Origin: Podarcis gaigeae
Taxonomy: Eukaryota
Strand: one strand, 5' to 3'
Assembly (NCBI GenBank): GCA_964106915.2
Contig: OZ066922.1
DNA: 64,000 nucleotides
Shown: one piece after another, positions 49,501-61,400 of the stretch
How the letters are laid out: each line of letters opens with the position of its first letter
Position numbering within the stretch: position 1 is the first letter of the stretch
Program-made: the position numbers and the translations under genes
Notes under the pieces: generated by a model
Told to the model about the DNA's origin: nothing
Databases searched by the model: none
The model's input: only the letters and a program-made list of their open reading frames with translations

Positions 49501-52500
49501 CACGGCTGACACCCCCTCGCCCCCTGCAGGTGCGATGGGCAACTGTGGGCTCTGGCTCACTCACTATCTGGGCACAGCAGCAAAGAATCACAGAATTGTA
49601 GCATTGGGAGCAATGCCAAGGGCAATCTAGCCCAGTCCCCTGCAATTCAGGAAGCACAGCTAAAAAGATGTGGTGGCGGTGGCAGATCCCCCATGTCTTA
49701 CCTTGCCGACGCAGCAGGACCTCATAGAGGCAACTGACTCCTTGCACCGCAAAGGAACTGATACGCTGCACCGGATCATTGCACAGAGTAATCAGGACAG
49801 CTGTCAGATGAGCCAACTTGCAGAATTCCCCTGAGAACTGATTTACAGAAGGGAAGGGAAGGAGCTGCTGGCAAGGCACCCTCCGGGCTTCAAGGTGGTG
49901 CTGCCTGCTGTTGTGCATGGACTGGGATGCCCACTGCGGCGACCCAACCGCCACAGGACACATGTCTGGAAGCAGCTTGAGCAGGATCAATGCCATGCGT
50001 GCTCAGGAGAAATGCCAGGGGAGTCTGAGTGTGTCTGCTTGAGGGGAGCATTGACCTCCCCCCTCCACAAACCCATGCAGAGTCCAAAGAGGCCTTCATG
50101 GATTCTACCAACGCCCTGAGTCATCATCATCATCATCATCACCATCACCATCACCATCACCATCATCATCTTATTATTACTAATTCAAATTATAAACCAC
50201 CCTTTATTCAAAGATCCCAGGGCAGTGTACAATATTAAGAACTTAATTTACACAGCATAATAAAAAATAATAATACAGAGCATAATAAAACACAGCATGA
50301 TAATAAAATAATCATAATAGCACCCACCCACATGTAACAGGCCATAGATTGCTTAATGGTGAAGGCCTGGGTAAAGAGGACATGTAAAGACATCCAATGA
50401 TGTTGCCAGGTGAGCCTCTCAGGGGGGGAGCATTCCACAGTTGGGGAGCCACCACAGAAAAGTCCGGTCCTGGTCGTGCAAGAGAGCTAACTCTCCTGAA
50501 CGCCCCTGACAGTGTTGGAGGTTTGTCTGGATGCTGCAGCCACCGCTGTGGAAACATCTTCTGCAATTCCCACTGAAGGGGGGCAGAAGAGTCCTCAGGC
50601 CATGCGGGGCTGGAGCAAACAGCCCAGCACCATCCTGGCCCTGTTTTCCTCCCTAGGGAGCCAAGGTTTCCTCTGCCCCTTTCTGCCAGGCGCTGCAATG
50701 GGCTCCAGGGGGCACCGTGCCATATGTGGACAAAGGGGGCAATGAGGAAGGGGCTCAGTAGCCCTAGGGCTGTCCCTGCTGGGCTTCTGGCTGGGAGTGC
50801 GTGAGGAAGAGAGGCCTATTCTGGGCCCAAGGAGACTTTGCTGATACTCACGTCTGAGTGGAAATGTGTAGCGACGAATTTCAAGAGCTTCATGGCTGTC
50901 TCCACAGCATTCTCTCGCACATGGTTGACTTTTGCCTTCATCCAGGGCTCCATGAGCTGGAAGACAAAGGGGAAATTCAGGAAATGTGTCCTGGCTGAAG
51001 TCTGGGACTGAAGTTGAGGGTTGCAGACAGCGCTTCTCTTCCATCAGATTTTGCAGAATTAGCAGGACCAATTATTGGGTGTGTGTTTGTTCCTGTTAGC
51101 ATATTAGCAGTCACCTCTGCATCTTAGAAAACAAATGATTTATGTCACTAAACATGTCTCTGAACACCCCCTGCCCCCTTCAGAGATCTGCTTGGCATCC
51201 TGTGATGTGTGGCCTAAGAGGAGAGAGCCTGAGAACTACAAGAGGTGCCAGCACTTGGCAAAGGCACCAGAGCTCCTTCCGCTGCCCCCTCTCTAGCCGC
51301 ACACCCCCAGCATTGGTGCCCAGGGAGGCGGGCAGGTGAGGGGCTCTGGCACCAGCTCCCATGCTGATGAGCATGCAAAGGATCATGCTGCTTGCCTCAC
51401 CACCATTGCATTCCTTTGCATTCAGTCATACCTCCATCATGTGCTCCAGCTCACTTGGGCTTCGGTTTTCCAGCAGCAGGGCCTGCAACATCTCTTCAAA
51501 GCTGCTGATGGTCTGGAAGTAGAGTCCCTGGAGCAGAAAGAGGCAGCTGCCATTAACCTTGCACAGCCCAACAGAAAAGAGGCATGGGGGCTCTCTCTCT
51601 CTCTCTGTGTGTGATCTACCTACCTACCTACCTACCCCTTGCTAAGAGTTTGTGGGGTGCAAGACATCCTAAATCCCTGGATACAATAACAGAATGAGTC
51701 AGGCTTGGGCGAGTTAAACTGTTCCAGGCACTGAACCCCTGGATAAAGTGGTTATGTTAACAATACAAGCCAGGCCAAATTGGTCATCGCTTCCTGAGTG
51801 TGGGTCATTCAGGAAACAAAGCCTAAAGAGGTAGTTAGCAGGGGACAGAGTTGTGATGTGCTGACAAAGCCTGTGACAACTGTAGGAAGGAGTCAGAGAG
51901 CAGGGCTGATTTCTGTTTTGGATCCAAAGCTATTGCGCCTATTGGAGAAGCAAGATCTCTGGAGCTCAGGTTGTGTACATGGGTAAATGAACCATATACC
52001 ATAAAGATAGAAGGGGAAGAAATGGCGGCAGTAAGAGATTTTACTTTCTTGGTTGGGTTCCATAATCACTGCAGATGGTGACAGCAGTCACAAAATTAAA
52101 AGACGCCTGCTTCTTGGTGAAAAAGCAATGATAAACCTAGACAGCTTCTTAAAAAGCAGAGACATCACCTTGCCAACAAAGGTCTGTATAGTTAAAGCTA
52201 TGGTTGTCCCAGTATGTATGTATGTATCGCCGAAAAACTGATACTTTTGTATTATGGTGCTGGAGGAGACTCTTGAGAGTCCCATGGACTGCATTGGAAC
52301 TAAGTGGTTTCTAGCTGTGATGGGTTAAAAGAATATGAAAAAATGGGTTTATATAAGTAAAAATCTAAGATTGTAATAATTTAAGAATAAGATCTGGGTA
52401 ACAAAAAGAGGGAAAGAAATTGTTGAATTAATAATTTGATTTGGAATACAAAAAAGGGTGGTATGAGGAGGTCCGAGAAACAAGTAAATGAAAAATAAGG

Positions 52501-55500
52501 AGATGGAAAGATTGGTTATTTTTAACAATTTTTGTTGGATATTTTTTCTTTTTTCTGTTTTTTTTTTTTTTACTTTTTGTAATGTAAAATCCTTAATAAA
52601 AAATATTATAAAAAAAAGAGAGAGTCTCATGGACTGCAAGAAGATCAAACCAATCCATTCTGAAGGAAATCAGCCCTGAGTGCTCACTGGAAGGACAGAT
52701 CCTGAAGCTGAGGCTCCAATACTTTGGCTCCTCATGAGAAGATAAGACTCCCTGAAAAAGACCCTGATGCTGGGAAAGATGGGGGGCACAAGAAGATGGG
52801 GGTGACAGAGGACGAGATGGTTGGACAGTGTTCTCGAAGCTACCAACATGAGTTTGACCAAACTGCGGGAACCAGTGGAAGACAGGAATGCCTGGTGTGC
52901 TCTGGTCCATGGGGTCACAAAGAGTCAGACACGACTAAATGACTAAACAACAACAACAAATCATAAAGACTCCATAGACTTTGCTGTGCCTCATTTCCAA
53001 AAGGAAATGCAAGCCTTGTATAAGCCTCAGGACCCTGGAGTCTCACACCAGAGAGATAAAACAGCCTGGCTGACACCCACCCCCCTTGCCACATGGGGTT
53101 GGGGCCTGGTCATTATCCCAAGAAGTCATTTCTCTGCCTGGACTAGCCAGAGTAGAGGAGGAAAAGGTAAGGGGCGTCTGGCTGTTGGCTCCTTTCTGCC
53201 AGCTCTTTGACTACGGAGGGCGAGAGAGCTGGCACAGGCCTCTCCCCACCCAATAAGCAAACTGCAGCTCCATGCCACCCACAAAGCAGCCATATAGAGA
53301 CCATTCTGCACAGAGGAGGAGCTTCTCAATTCACTGATGGAGCCTGGAGCAGTTTTGTGTGCTCTGGTGTTGGTGGCGGATGGGTGGGCGTGAGGGTGGA
53401 GATGCAGTGGGGCAGCACAGCTCCCCATGTTTCCTGTCCTGCGCCCATGAGGAGCCCTTGATATGAAGATTGATCCAAATGACAAGTTCTAAAATGGCAG
53501 CCAAGGTGCTTCCAGGGCCGCATGCAGAGGGTGCTGTCAGAGGGCCCCTTTCCTGTGTGGGGAGAGATCTGCTCCTTCAGCACAAGCACTTTCATCCATT
53601 TGGCTGGTGGCCACTGCCAGACAACTACTGACAAGTTTTAAACAGTAAAATGCAGCTAAAAGCAATTGGTACAAAGAGAAAACAAGCCGACCTGTACAAA
53701 AACATCACAAAACCACCCCAAGCCAGCACAAGGTCAAAACCCACCAGGGTCAAAAGCCAGGCAGCTCAAGGAGCTGCAATTCCAGCCAAAGAGGCCAGGC
53801 AAGGCAGAGCCTGGGGGGCGCACCCCATAAGCACCTGGGGCATGACTGCCAGAAGAGCACCATGCTCAGCCCTGGGAATGCAATGGCAGCAGCCAATGGG
53901 AAGTGGAGGCACGCAAACAGACGTGCATAAATTTGCATGCACAGTTGGTTGGGATTTGCCAGATCTCTCATCTGCTCATTGTAAATTCCAGGGCAGTTCT
54001 CATCCGGAAACTATGTTGCAATGCAAGTGAGATGGCAAAGGGAAGGGCTCACTTTGACGCTGTCTGCCTGCTCATCTGCCGCAATTTGCCCTTCCAGGAG
54101 CTCCAAGGGGGCCAAGCAAAACATGCTTTGGAAGGAAGCACAGAGGAGGCTGGTCTTCTTCTCTGCCTCAAGGGGAGGCTTCAGTTTGCTGAGGAAAAAG
54201 AAACACACCTGAGATTAATCTGTGGCAGCAAATGGTGAAATGATGGTTGTGCTCAAGTTGATTGAGTCACATCCTTCGATTCACGTCCATATCAGTCCGA
54301 CAAAGGCACCTTGGGGCTCCTAAGCACCCTGCAGCTGCAGTCAAGGATGGTAGCAAGGCAGGGAACCCCTCAGCTCTGAGGGCATGTGCCTGGCATGTAG
54401 AAGGCTTGATCTCCAGCATCTTCCCTCAGAGGTTGCCAGGGGCCCCTCCCCTCTGCCTGTCTGGGCCAGTCACACAGGCAAGTTCACCAGTCTCTGAGGA
54501 GGGACCCACTCAGCACATCCCCCCTTCCACTTTCAGTCAGGGGAGCAGTCCTGAATTTTACCCCCCCCCCAGCATCGTTTTGCCCCTACCTGAGTTGTGT
54601 CACGATGTACATGGCGTCTTGGCGCACGGTGTCCGTCAGGGCATGGATGGGCTCTCTCTCAATCAGCACCTGCCAGTCATTGCAGGGACACAGTGTGAGT
54701 GGCATCACTGAGCATGGCAGGCACCCTGGCAGGCAGACCTAGAACTGCTCTGTCACCTCTTGTCACTTCTCTCTTCTCTTTTCCAGGCTAAATACAACCC
54801 AACTCCCTCAACCGTTATTCATAAGGTTTGGCTTCCTGACCCTTGATCATCTTGGTCACCCTCCTCTGAACATGTTCTAGCTTGTCAATATCCTTCCTGA
54901 GTTGTGGCACCCAGATGTGGACCGGGGACTCCTGGTGGGGTCTTACCATGGCAGAACAAAGTAGCACTGTGACTTCTCTTGACCACTTGCAACAAACAAC
55001 CTGTGAGCTGGACAGAGCTGGCCCAAATCAGCCCAGTGAACTTTATGGGTTTGGGTTGTGTCCTACCCCAAACTGTCTCTGGATCAGTGGCCAGGCACTG
55101 GGCAGAGACTTGGTGAGGACCCACCACTGCGATGATCAGGGAGGATGCTTCCTCAGACCACCAGCTTATAGGTGTAGCAAGTCTAGAGAAGCAACCAGAT
55201 TAGTCTGTTCACTTACTACAGGTTTCTGGATACGGAGTGTGCAGCTGACTTACTATCAGGCATTCCACGAGGGGGGATTTCATGTACACTCGAAGGCTGT
55301 GTGCTTTTCCTGTTGCAGAAACGGCTTCAAGGAACATCAGCACCGCAATCAAAAAGGTTTTCTTCAGGCTTATGGTCTAAACCCAAACCCAGAGCAAAAA
55401 ACAGACACTCATTATCAAACAATGCTGAACCCTTATGTAAGCCTCTTTTGTAGGCAAGATATTCTCTAGCGGGGTGGCCAGCTCCCAAGAGGCTGTGATC

Positions 55501-58407
55501 TACTTTCTGAATTAAAATCTTTAAACTATATTATGAGGCAGCAGCTTTTTGCTGGCTGAAGGAATGGTTACTTCTTGAGAATACAGACACTGTCAGAGCT
55601 GCCTCTAGGTCCCAGCTCACAGAGGACCAACGCTAGGCTGTGGTAATGTATAAAAGTCTTTATTGAAGTTCAGTTTCCATTTCAAAGCCACAGCGTGCAG
55701 CCCTACGTCTTAACCCCTAGATCGGCGAAGTCCCGTCTGAGTCTCCTCCCCTCTGACACCAGTTTAAGATCCTAGCCCTGCTCCACCTTTTCCGCTGCTC
55801 TCTGCTCCTCTGGGTCCTCCTGCCCGCTGGGGCATTGCCCTTTCTGGACTCTTCCGACGCTGAGTCGCTTAGCTCCTCCCCCTGCCTCCGTCGGGCTTTA
55901 GGACTCGGTTCCCAATCCTCATTCTCTGCTGTCTCGCGCTCCTGTACATTTGAACTTGCCTCTCACGCCAACCCAGTGACCTTTCTCCTAACCGTTACAC
56001 TACTTCTGTCACTGCTTCCCTCTTCCGGGACACTGGCTGGATCTGACCTCCCCTCCGTTGCCCGACTCTCCGACGGAGGCGTGGTCAGCCCTGCCTCGTC
56101 TTCTCTTCCTGTTGGGGAATGCACTGACCCCGATACTTGGGAACCTTCCCCCCCACTCTGCTCTGGTGGGGAAGCTGGTCCTGATTTCCAACTACTGCTC
56201 TGAGAATCCCTGCTGCCCCCTTGCTCCTGGGGCGTTCCCCCTGGGAACCCCCTGCCCCTGGCCACTGGCGCCCCCTTCTGTGAATCTTCCGATTCGCTGG
56301 AGGGGCTCATGGAATCCCTCGGACCACTGTCCTCTTCTCCTACGCTCCCCTCGGATTCTTCCCCTTCGCTCTCCATTTCCCCTCTTCCCTGTGCCTCTGC
56401 TCCTGAGCCCCTGACAGACACTCTTGATTTGGAAGGACATGATAATGTTTTTGGATGGCATGCACACTTGTGGTACGGTAAGGACAAAGCACATAAGGCG
56501 TTCAAAAACCATATTGTTAGAATTGTTAGAAACCAGTGACATAAGGTATTGTCGAGAATGTATAATCTGCTGTTGAAATGGAATACTGAGGATGAAACGG
56601 TTAAATCTGCTATGATAAAATGGGCACAAGACATTAGTCATAACATTATGTTTGCTGACTGGGAACGGTTGTGGACCACCGGCATGAAATTCACGGCATG
56701 TAATGCCTTAAGAGAGAATATTATGAAAATGATTTACAGGTGGTACATGACCCCAGTCAAGCTAGCAAAAATCTATCATTTGCCCGATAATAAATGTTGG
56801 AAATGTAAAGAAACGGAAGGAACATTCTTTCACCTTTGGTGGGCCTGCCCAAGGATTAAGGCCTTCTGGGAAATGATCTATAATGAGCTGAAAAAAGTAT
56901 TTAAGTATACTTTCCTAAAGAAACCAGAGGCCTTTCTCCTGGGCATGGTCGGCCAACTGGTGCCAAAGAAGGATAGAACTTTTTTTATGTATGCTACAGC
57001 AGCAGCAAGAATACTCATCGCAAAGCACTGGAAGACACAAGACCTACCCACCCTGGAAGAATGGCAGATGCAAGTAATAGACTATATGGAACTGGCAGAA
57101 ATGACCGGCAGAATCCGAGATCAAGGAGAAGAGCAGGTGGAAGAGGACTGGAAGAAATTTAAAGTTTATTTACAAAAACATTGTAAAATTTATGAATGTT
57201 GAAGGCATTGAAAATGAAATGAAGGGGTTCTAGTGATTAAGATAAATAAGAGTACAAAGGGAAGGATAAAGGATGAATTTGAATAATATGATATTGCTGA
57301 ATTAATTTTTAAAGTGGAATACAAGAAAGGAAGGCGGGTGGAAGCAAGGAAAATAAGATTTGGAAGGGTATTAACTTGAAAGAGAGTTTTTTTTATGCTA
57401 AATTTTCTTTTTTATGTTTTTATTTTCTTTTCCGTCTTTTTGTTTGTATTTTTGATGTGTGTGTTTGTTGTTTTTGCGATTTTATTTAATTTCTATTGTT
57501 GTTAACTTTTGTAAAATCTAATAAAATATGATTTTAAAAAAAATCTGGCAGTGATCTACTCCCATTTTGGGGGTGGGTGGGTGGTTCAGCTCATAGTTGT
57601 TGAGCTTTTGATCAGGTTAAAAGTTCTCCCCCCTTTTAACCAGGGAACAGATATTTTAATGGAGCATTGAATACAACTTCTTTTGAAGAAGTGCAAATAG
57701 CAAGCACCTTTTCAAGAGAGGCCTTCATTGTCGGTTCTTTGGCATGTATGTCTGCTATTATTTGGATACCAGTTGAAAGCACATTAAAACCTGCTCAAGT
57801 GTTTGGGTCATAAATTGGCTCTGGGATTCAACTGTTCTCTTGTTATGCTGCTTCTCATGCAATTTTTAGAGGTGTAATTGCTGGCTTTGGATGTACTTTG
57901 GATGTTGTGCCCCATGCCAGGCTCCTTGAGAAGGAAGAGCAAGATATAAATGAATAAAGTCTCTTTTAAGGTGATGCCTTTTGTAGCATACACATTGCTA
58001 TCTGGCATCAGGATTTCCAATTCATGTAGTTAACCAAATAAAATCAACTATTGTCTGAAAGCCCTAAAAGACCTGTTAAAATAAAGGGAACAAGAAAATA
58101 CATTCTTCATTTGAAAAGATCCAGTGCGAGTAATGTAGAGGCCATGTTTGTGGCTGATGCAGCCAGTTATTTGTGGCAGTGAAAATCAAACGAGGAGCTG
58201 CTCAGAATTTGGGGGAAAGTGCCCAGGTTGAACTGGTGAATGAACAAAAGGGGAGGCAAGGAGGTGCAGCTTCAATGTCTCACCAGAATAATGTCTGGCA
58301 CCACAGCTGCTGAGCATGGAGCCAGTGTTTCCTTTGAGCTTTTCCCTCAACCCACCCAGAGCCCTAGCCAGCAGTCAGCTCAATCCCTATTGATGCATTA
58401 CTATTAT

Positions 58408-58449
<42 letters not shown>

Positions 58450-61400
58450 AATTTATATATCACCCTTTATCAAAAGGTCCCAGGGTGGTGTACAACATTA
58501 AAAACACATGTTTTGCTTCAATGGGCATTATGTTACACTTCCTTGCACTGAACCTGCTTTTGCCATTTTCTTGGCAGAGATCCTTCTGCAGCTCTGCAGT
58601 TTGCTAGTGACCTGACGGGGTCTTGACCACTGTCACTGATGCAATGGCAACTGCTAGTTCTGACTCCAAAGGTATTTAACTGGTGGCAGCTGCCCTGGAG
58701 GTTGATCTGTTTTCCAGACCCAGTTCAAGATGCTGGTTTCTACCCACAGATCCCTCAAGGTCAGGGGACCCTCTTATTTCTGCCCATGCCTCCTCCCCCC
58801 ATGCCACAGCCTTCTCCTGAGATTTAAGCTCCACTAAGGAGGCCCTGCAACAAGTGTCACCTGGTTTGCATTCCAGTCTGGCCTCCATGCTGCCAGATTC
58901 CCCAAGCTCTGGCATCTCCATGAACCCGGTTCTCTTCCACCCTTCTGGAAGCAGACCCAGACCTGACCTTGCTGTTGTGATTGTTGTTGTTGTTTAGTCG
59001 TTTAGTCGTGTCCGACTCTTCGTGACCCCATGGACCAGAGAACGCCAGGCACCTCTGTCCTCCACTGCCTCCCGCTGTTGAGATTAAAGTCTGCATATCT
59101 CTGTGCAGCTGTTTATTGTTTGATTTTGCTCTTACTGGGTTTTTGGTTTTAGGAACTTAAAAGGCTGCCTTATATATGCAGAGTCAGACTGATCAATATT
59201 ATGAACCTTACCAGTAAGGAGTTATGAGCTGGTTTCTCCAAGCTCAGAACATGTAGTTGAAACAAGTCACCCTAGTGAGTCTGCACAAATAATTTAGAAA
59301 CATTCACTACTCTGGAACCTAAGTTGTACTGCCTGTGTTTTCTAACTGCTGTGTGGAAAAGCACATGAACCTGACCTTTGAAAAGTTTGTAAAAATATCC
59401 CTTTTAATCTACTAAACATGTGGTCTCTTACTATGCTAAGGGAAGAGAGGAGAAATATAGAAGAGGCTATTTTAAAGGTCTAAGAGCCTATACTTCCACA
59501 CATTACTTTTTTGCATATGTTGTGATTTTAAATTTCTGCTGGGTTTCTCTCACCAAAGAGTACTTGCTCCAAAACTTGATCTTGGCTTCCAAGGCACTCT
59601 TTTTTATATACCTATATAAATCTCATTTAAGCAGAGGTTGGATGGTCATCTCTCAGGGACACGTTCGTTGAGATTCCTGCATAGCAGCGGGTGGACTAGG
59701 GGACTCTTAGGATCCCTTCCAACTCTACAATTCTATTATTCTAATTGGTATAGAAAAGTTATGAAATAAAATAAATCCCACCCTTCCCATGTCACAAAAT
59801 CACATCATTGATATAGAATTAAAAACAAAAACCTGAAAACAATTAAAACATACGAAATACAGCGATTTGTTGATACACATAGTGCATAACACCATTCTCT
59901 TTATCGTAAAGGCAAAAATGGCCACAATACCATTGGGCTGGTGGTGCAATACTCAATCAATTTGGACAGAATCAGGTCCACTCTCGGGAGAACTTCATCT
60001 TTGATCCCCAGGGCCACCTGCCCATAGCAGAGCAGAAGGGTGTTCCACTTGAAGTCCTGGGGGTGGGGGAGACAGTCAGTGTTGCCAGGATCCTGTCCAG
60101 CATTACAGGGAAGCCAAAGTCAATGGGATTACCCTCCTTCTATCATTCTCCCAAAGGTCCTTCCCTTCACTCAAGCAGCAGAGAGTTTGACTTTCTTTTT
60201 TGAGAAGACAAGATCCCTGGAATCCCTGCAGACAGAGGTGGCTCCTTAGTGCCCGCCTAGTGGAGAACGAGGTCAGAGGCCTCCCTGGTGAGACTGTGGA
60301 AAGTTCTGCAGCACCTCTCTGACTGCAGGCAGAGGTGGGGGTGGAGAATGACATGAATCAGCACAGTGCTGAATTCAGGGTGGTGAGGGCAGCTGCCTTG
60401 CGTGTCTAATGCATCCTGCAGGCACTCTGCCTTCTGTCCAGCCTTGGGCCCATGATGAGCCAGAGGTCACCAGGAGGGACTACGCAAAGCCTCCATTACA
60501 GGACTTGCCACACTTGCTTAAGGCAGTCTCATATGTTCTGGAGTCATTGCGACACAGAGAGACATTGCCAAACAGAGTGGAGCAGAGCAAGGAGTTTGGG
60601 AAGCCACAGCCAGCAGCAAGGAGGACCCAATGGCAATCAAGCACTTTTGCCGACAATGCAGAAGTCGCCTCACCCTCCCTGAGAACCAGTGAGAGCACCA
60701 GACTTTGGCTGTGTCACGAGCAGTAGGCTCGTGCTGTAACCAGTAGGCTAGTCTTTGCAGAAGTACAACATAGCCATGTCCAAGAGAAACTCATAACTTC
60801 CATATTTATACTTGGGAATAAAAATTGTCTAATTTCAACAAAATATTTTGTTGTTTAAGAATATAAAAAGGAGAGGAAAATACAATACCTTGAGCATCTC
60901 CCCTCCCCGCTGCCCCGGCAATGTATTACTTTTCTGAAAGAATACCTGGCTGCTGCTTTCTGTAGATGTTTCATGGGTGGAATAAGCCTTGCTGAAGTTC
61001 TCCAAGGTTTTGAAAACCTCATCAAGGTGGCGAGACGCAGCCAAGCCAACTGCAGAAGCAATGCCCTGAAGGAGGAGGAACCAGCCAAAGGAAACAGGGT
61101 GAGGAGGGAGCAGGGTGTGTCCGGACATGGCCCCATCTCTGCACAAGTAGATGAGCCAGATCAGACCATGTTTATCCTGAGTTACACAAAACTCTTCCCT
61201 GGGCAGAGGAGCCAGGCAATGGGATTCTCTGAAAGGTTCCAGAAACAGATGATTATAAATGCAAACATTTTAGGCACTTCAGCAGATCAGCACCCTTGGA
61301 CAGCAAAGGGCTGCACACGACATAAACAACACGCTAAAGATCTCTGCTAAATCCACTAGCCTTTTAGGATACAATTCTCAGGCAAGTCTCTCAAGGTGAC

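Noticed and set aside
42587-56416. One full-length 13.8-kb LTR retrotransposon or provirus
   Set aside because: Each LTR has its own TSD, and the interval contains host exons with no gag or pol.
57808-58075. Possible extra MROH exon
   Set aside because: Candidate acceptors run into stops in all frames, and the flanking exons 59931-60056 and 55254-55376 already join colinearly with MROH5.
50029-58551. Poly-His (50121-50170) and poly-Tyr (58397-58449) ORFs; likewise poly-Leu/Asn at 36130-36175
   Set aside because: These are translations of trinucleotide microsatellite tails of L2 elements.
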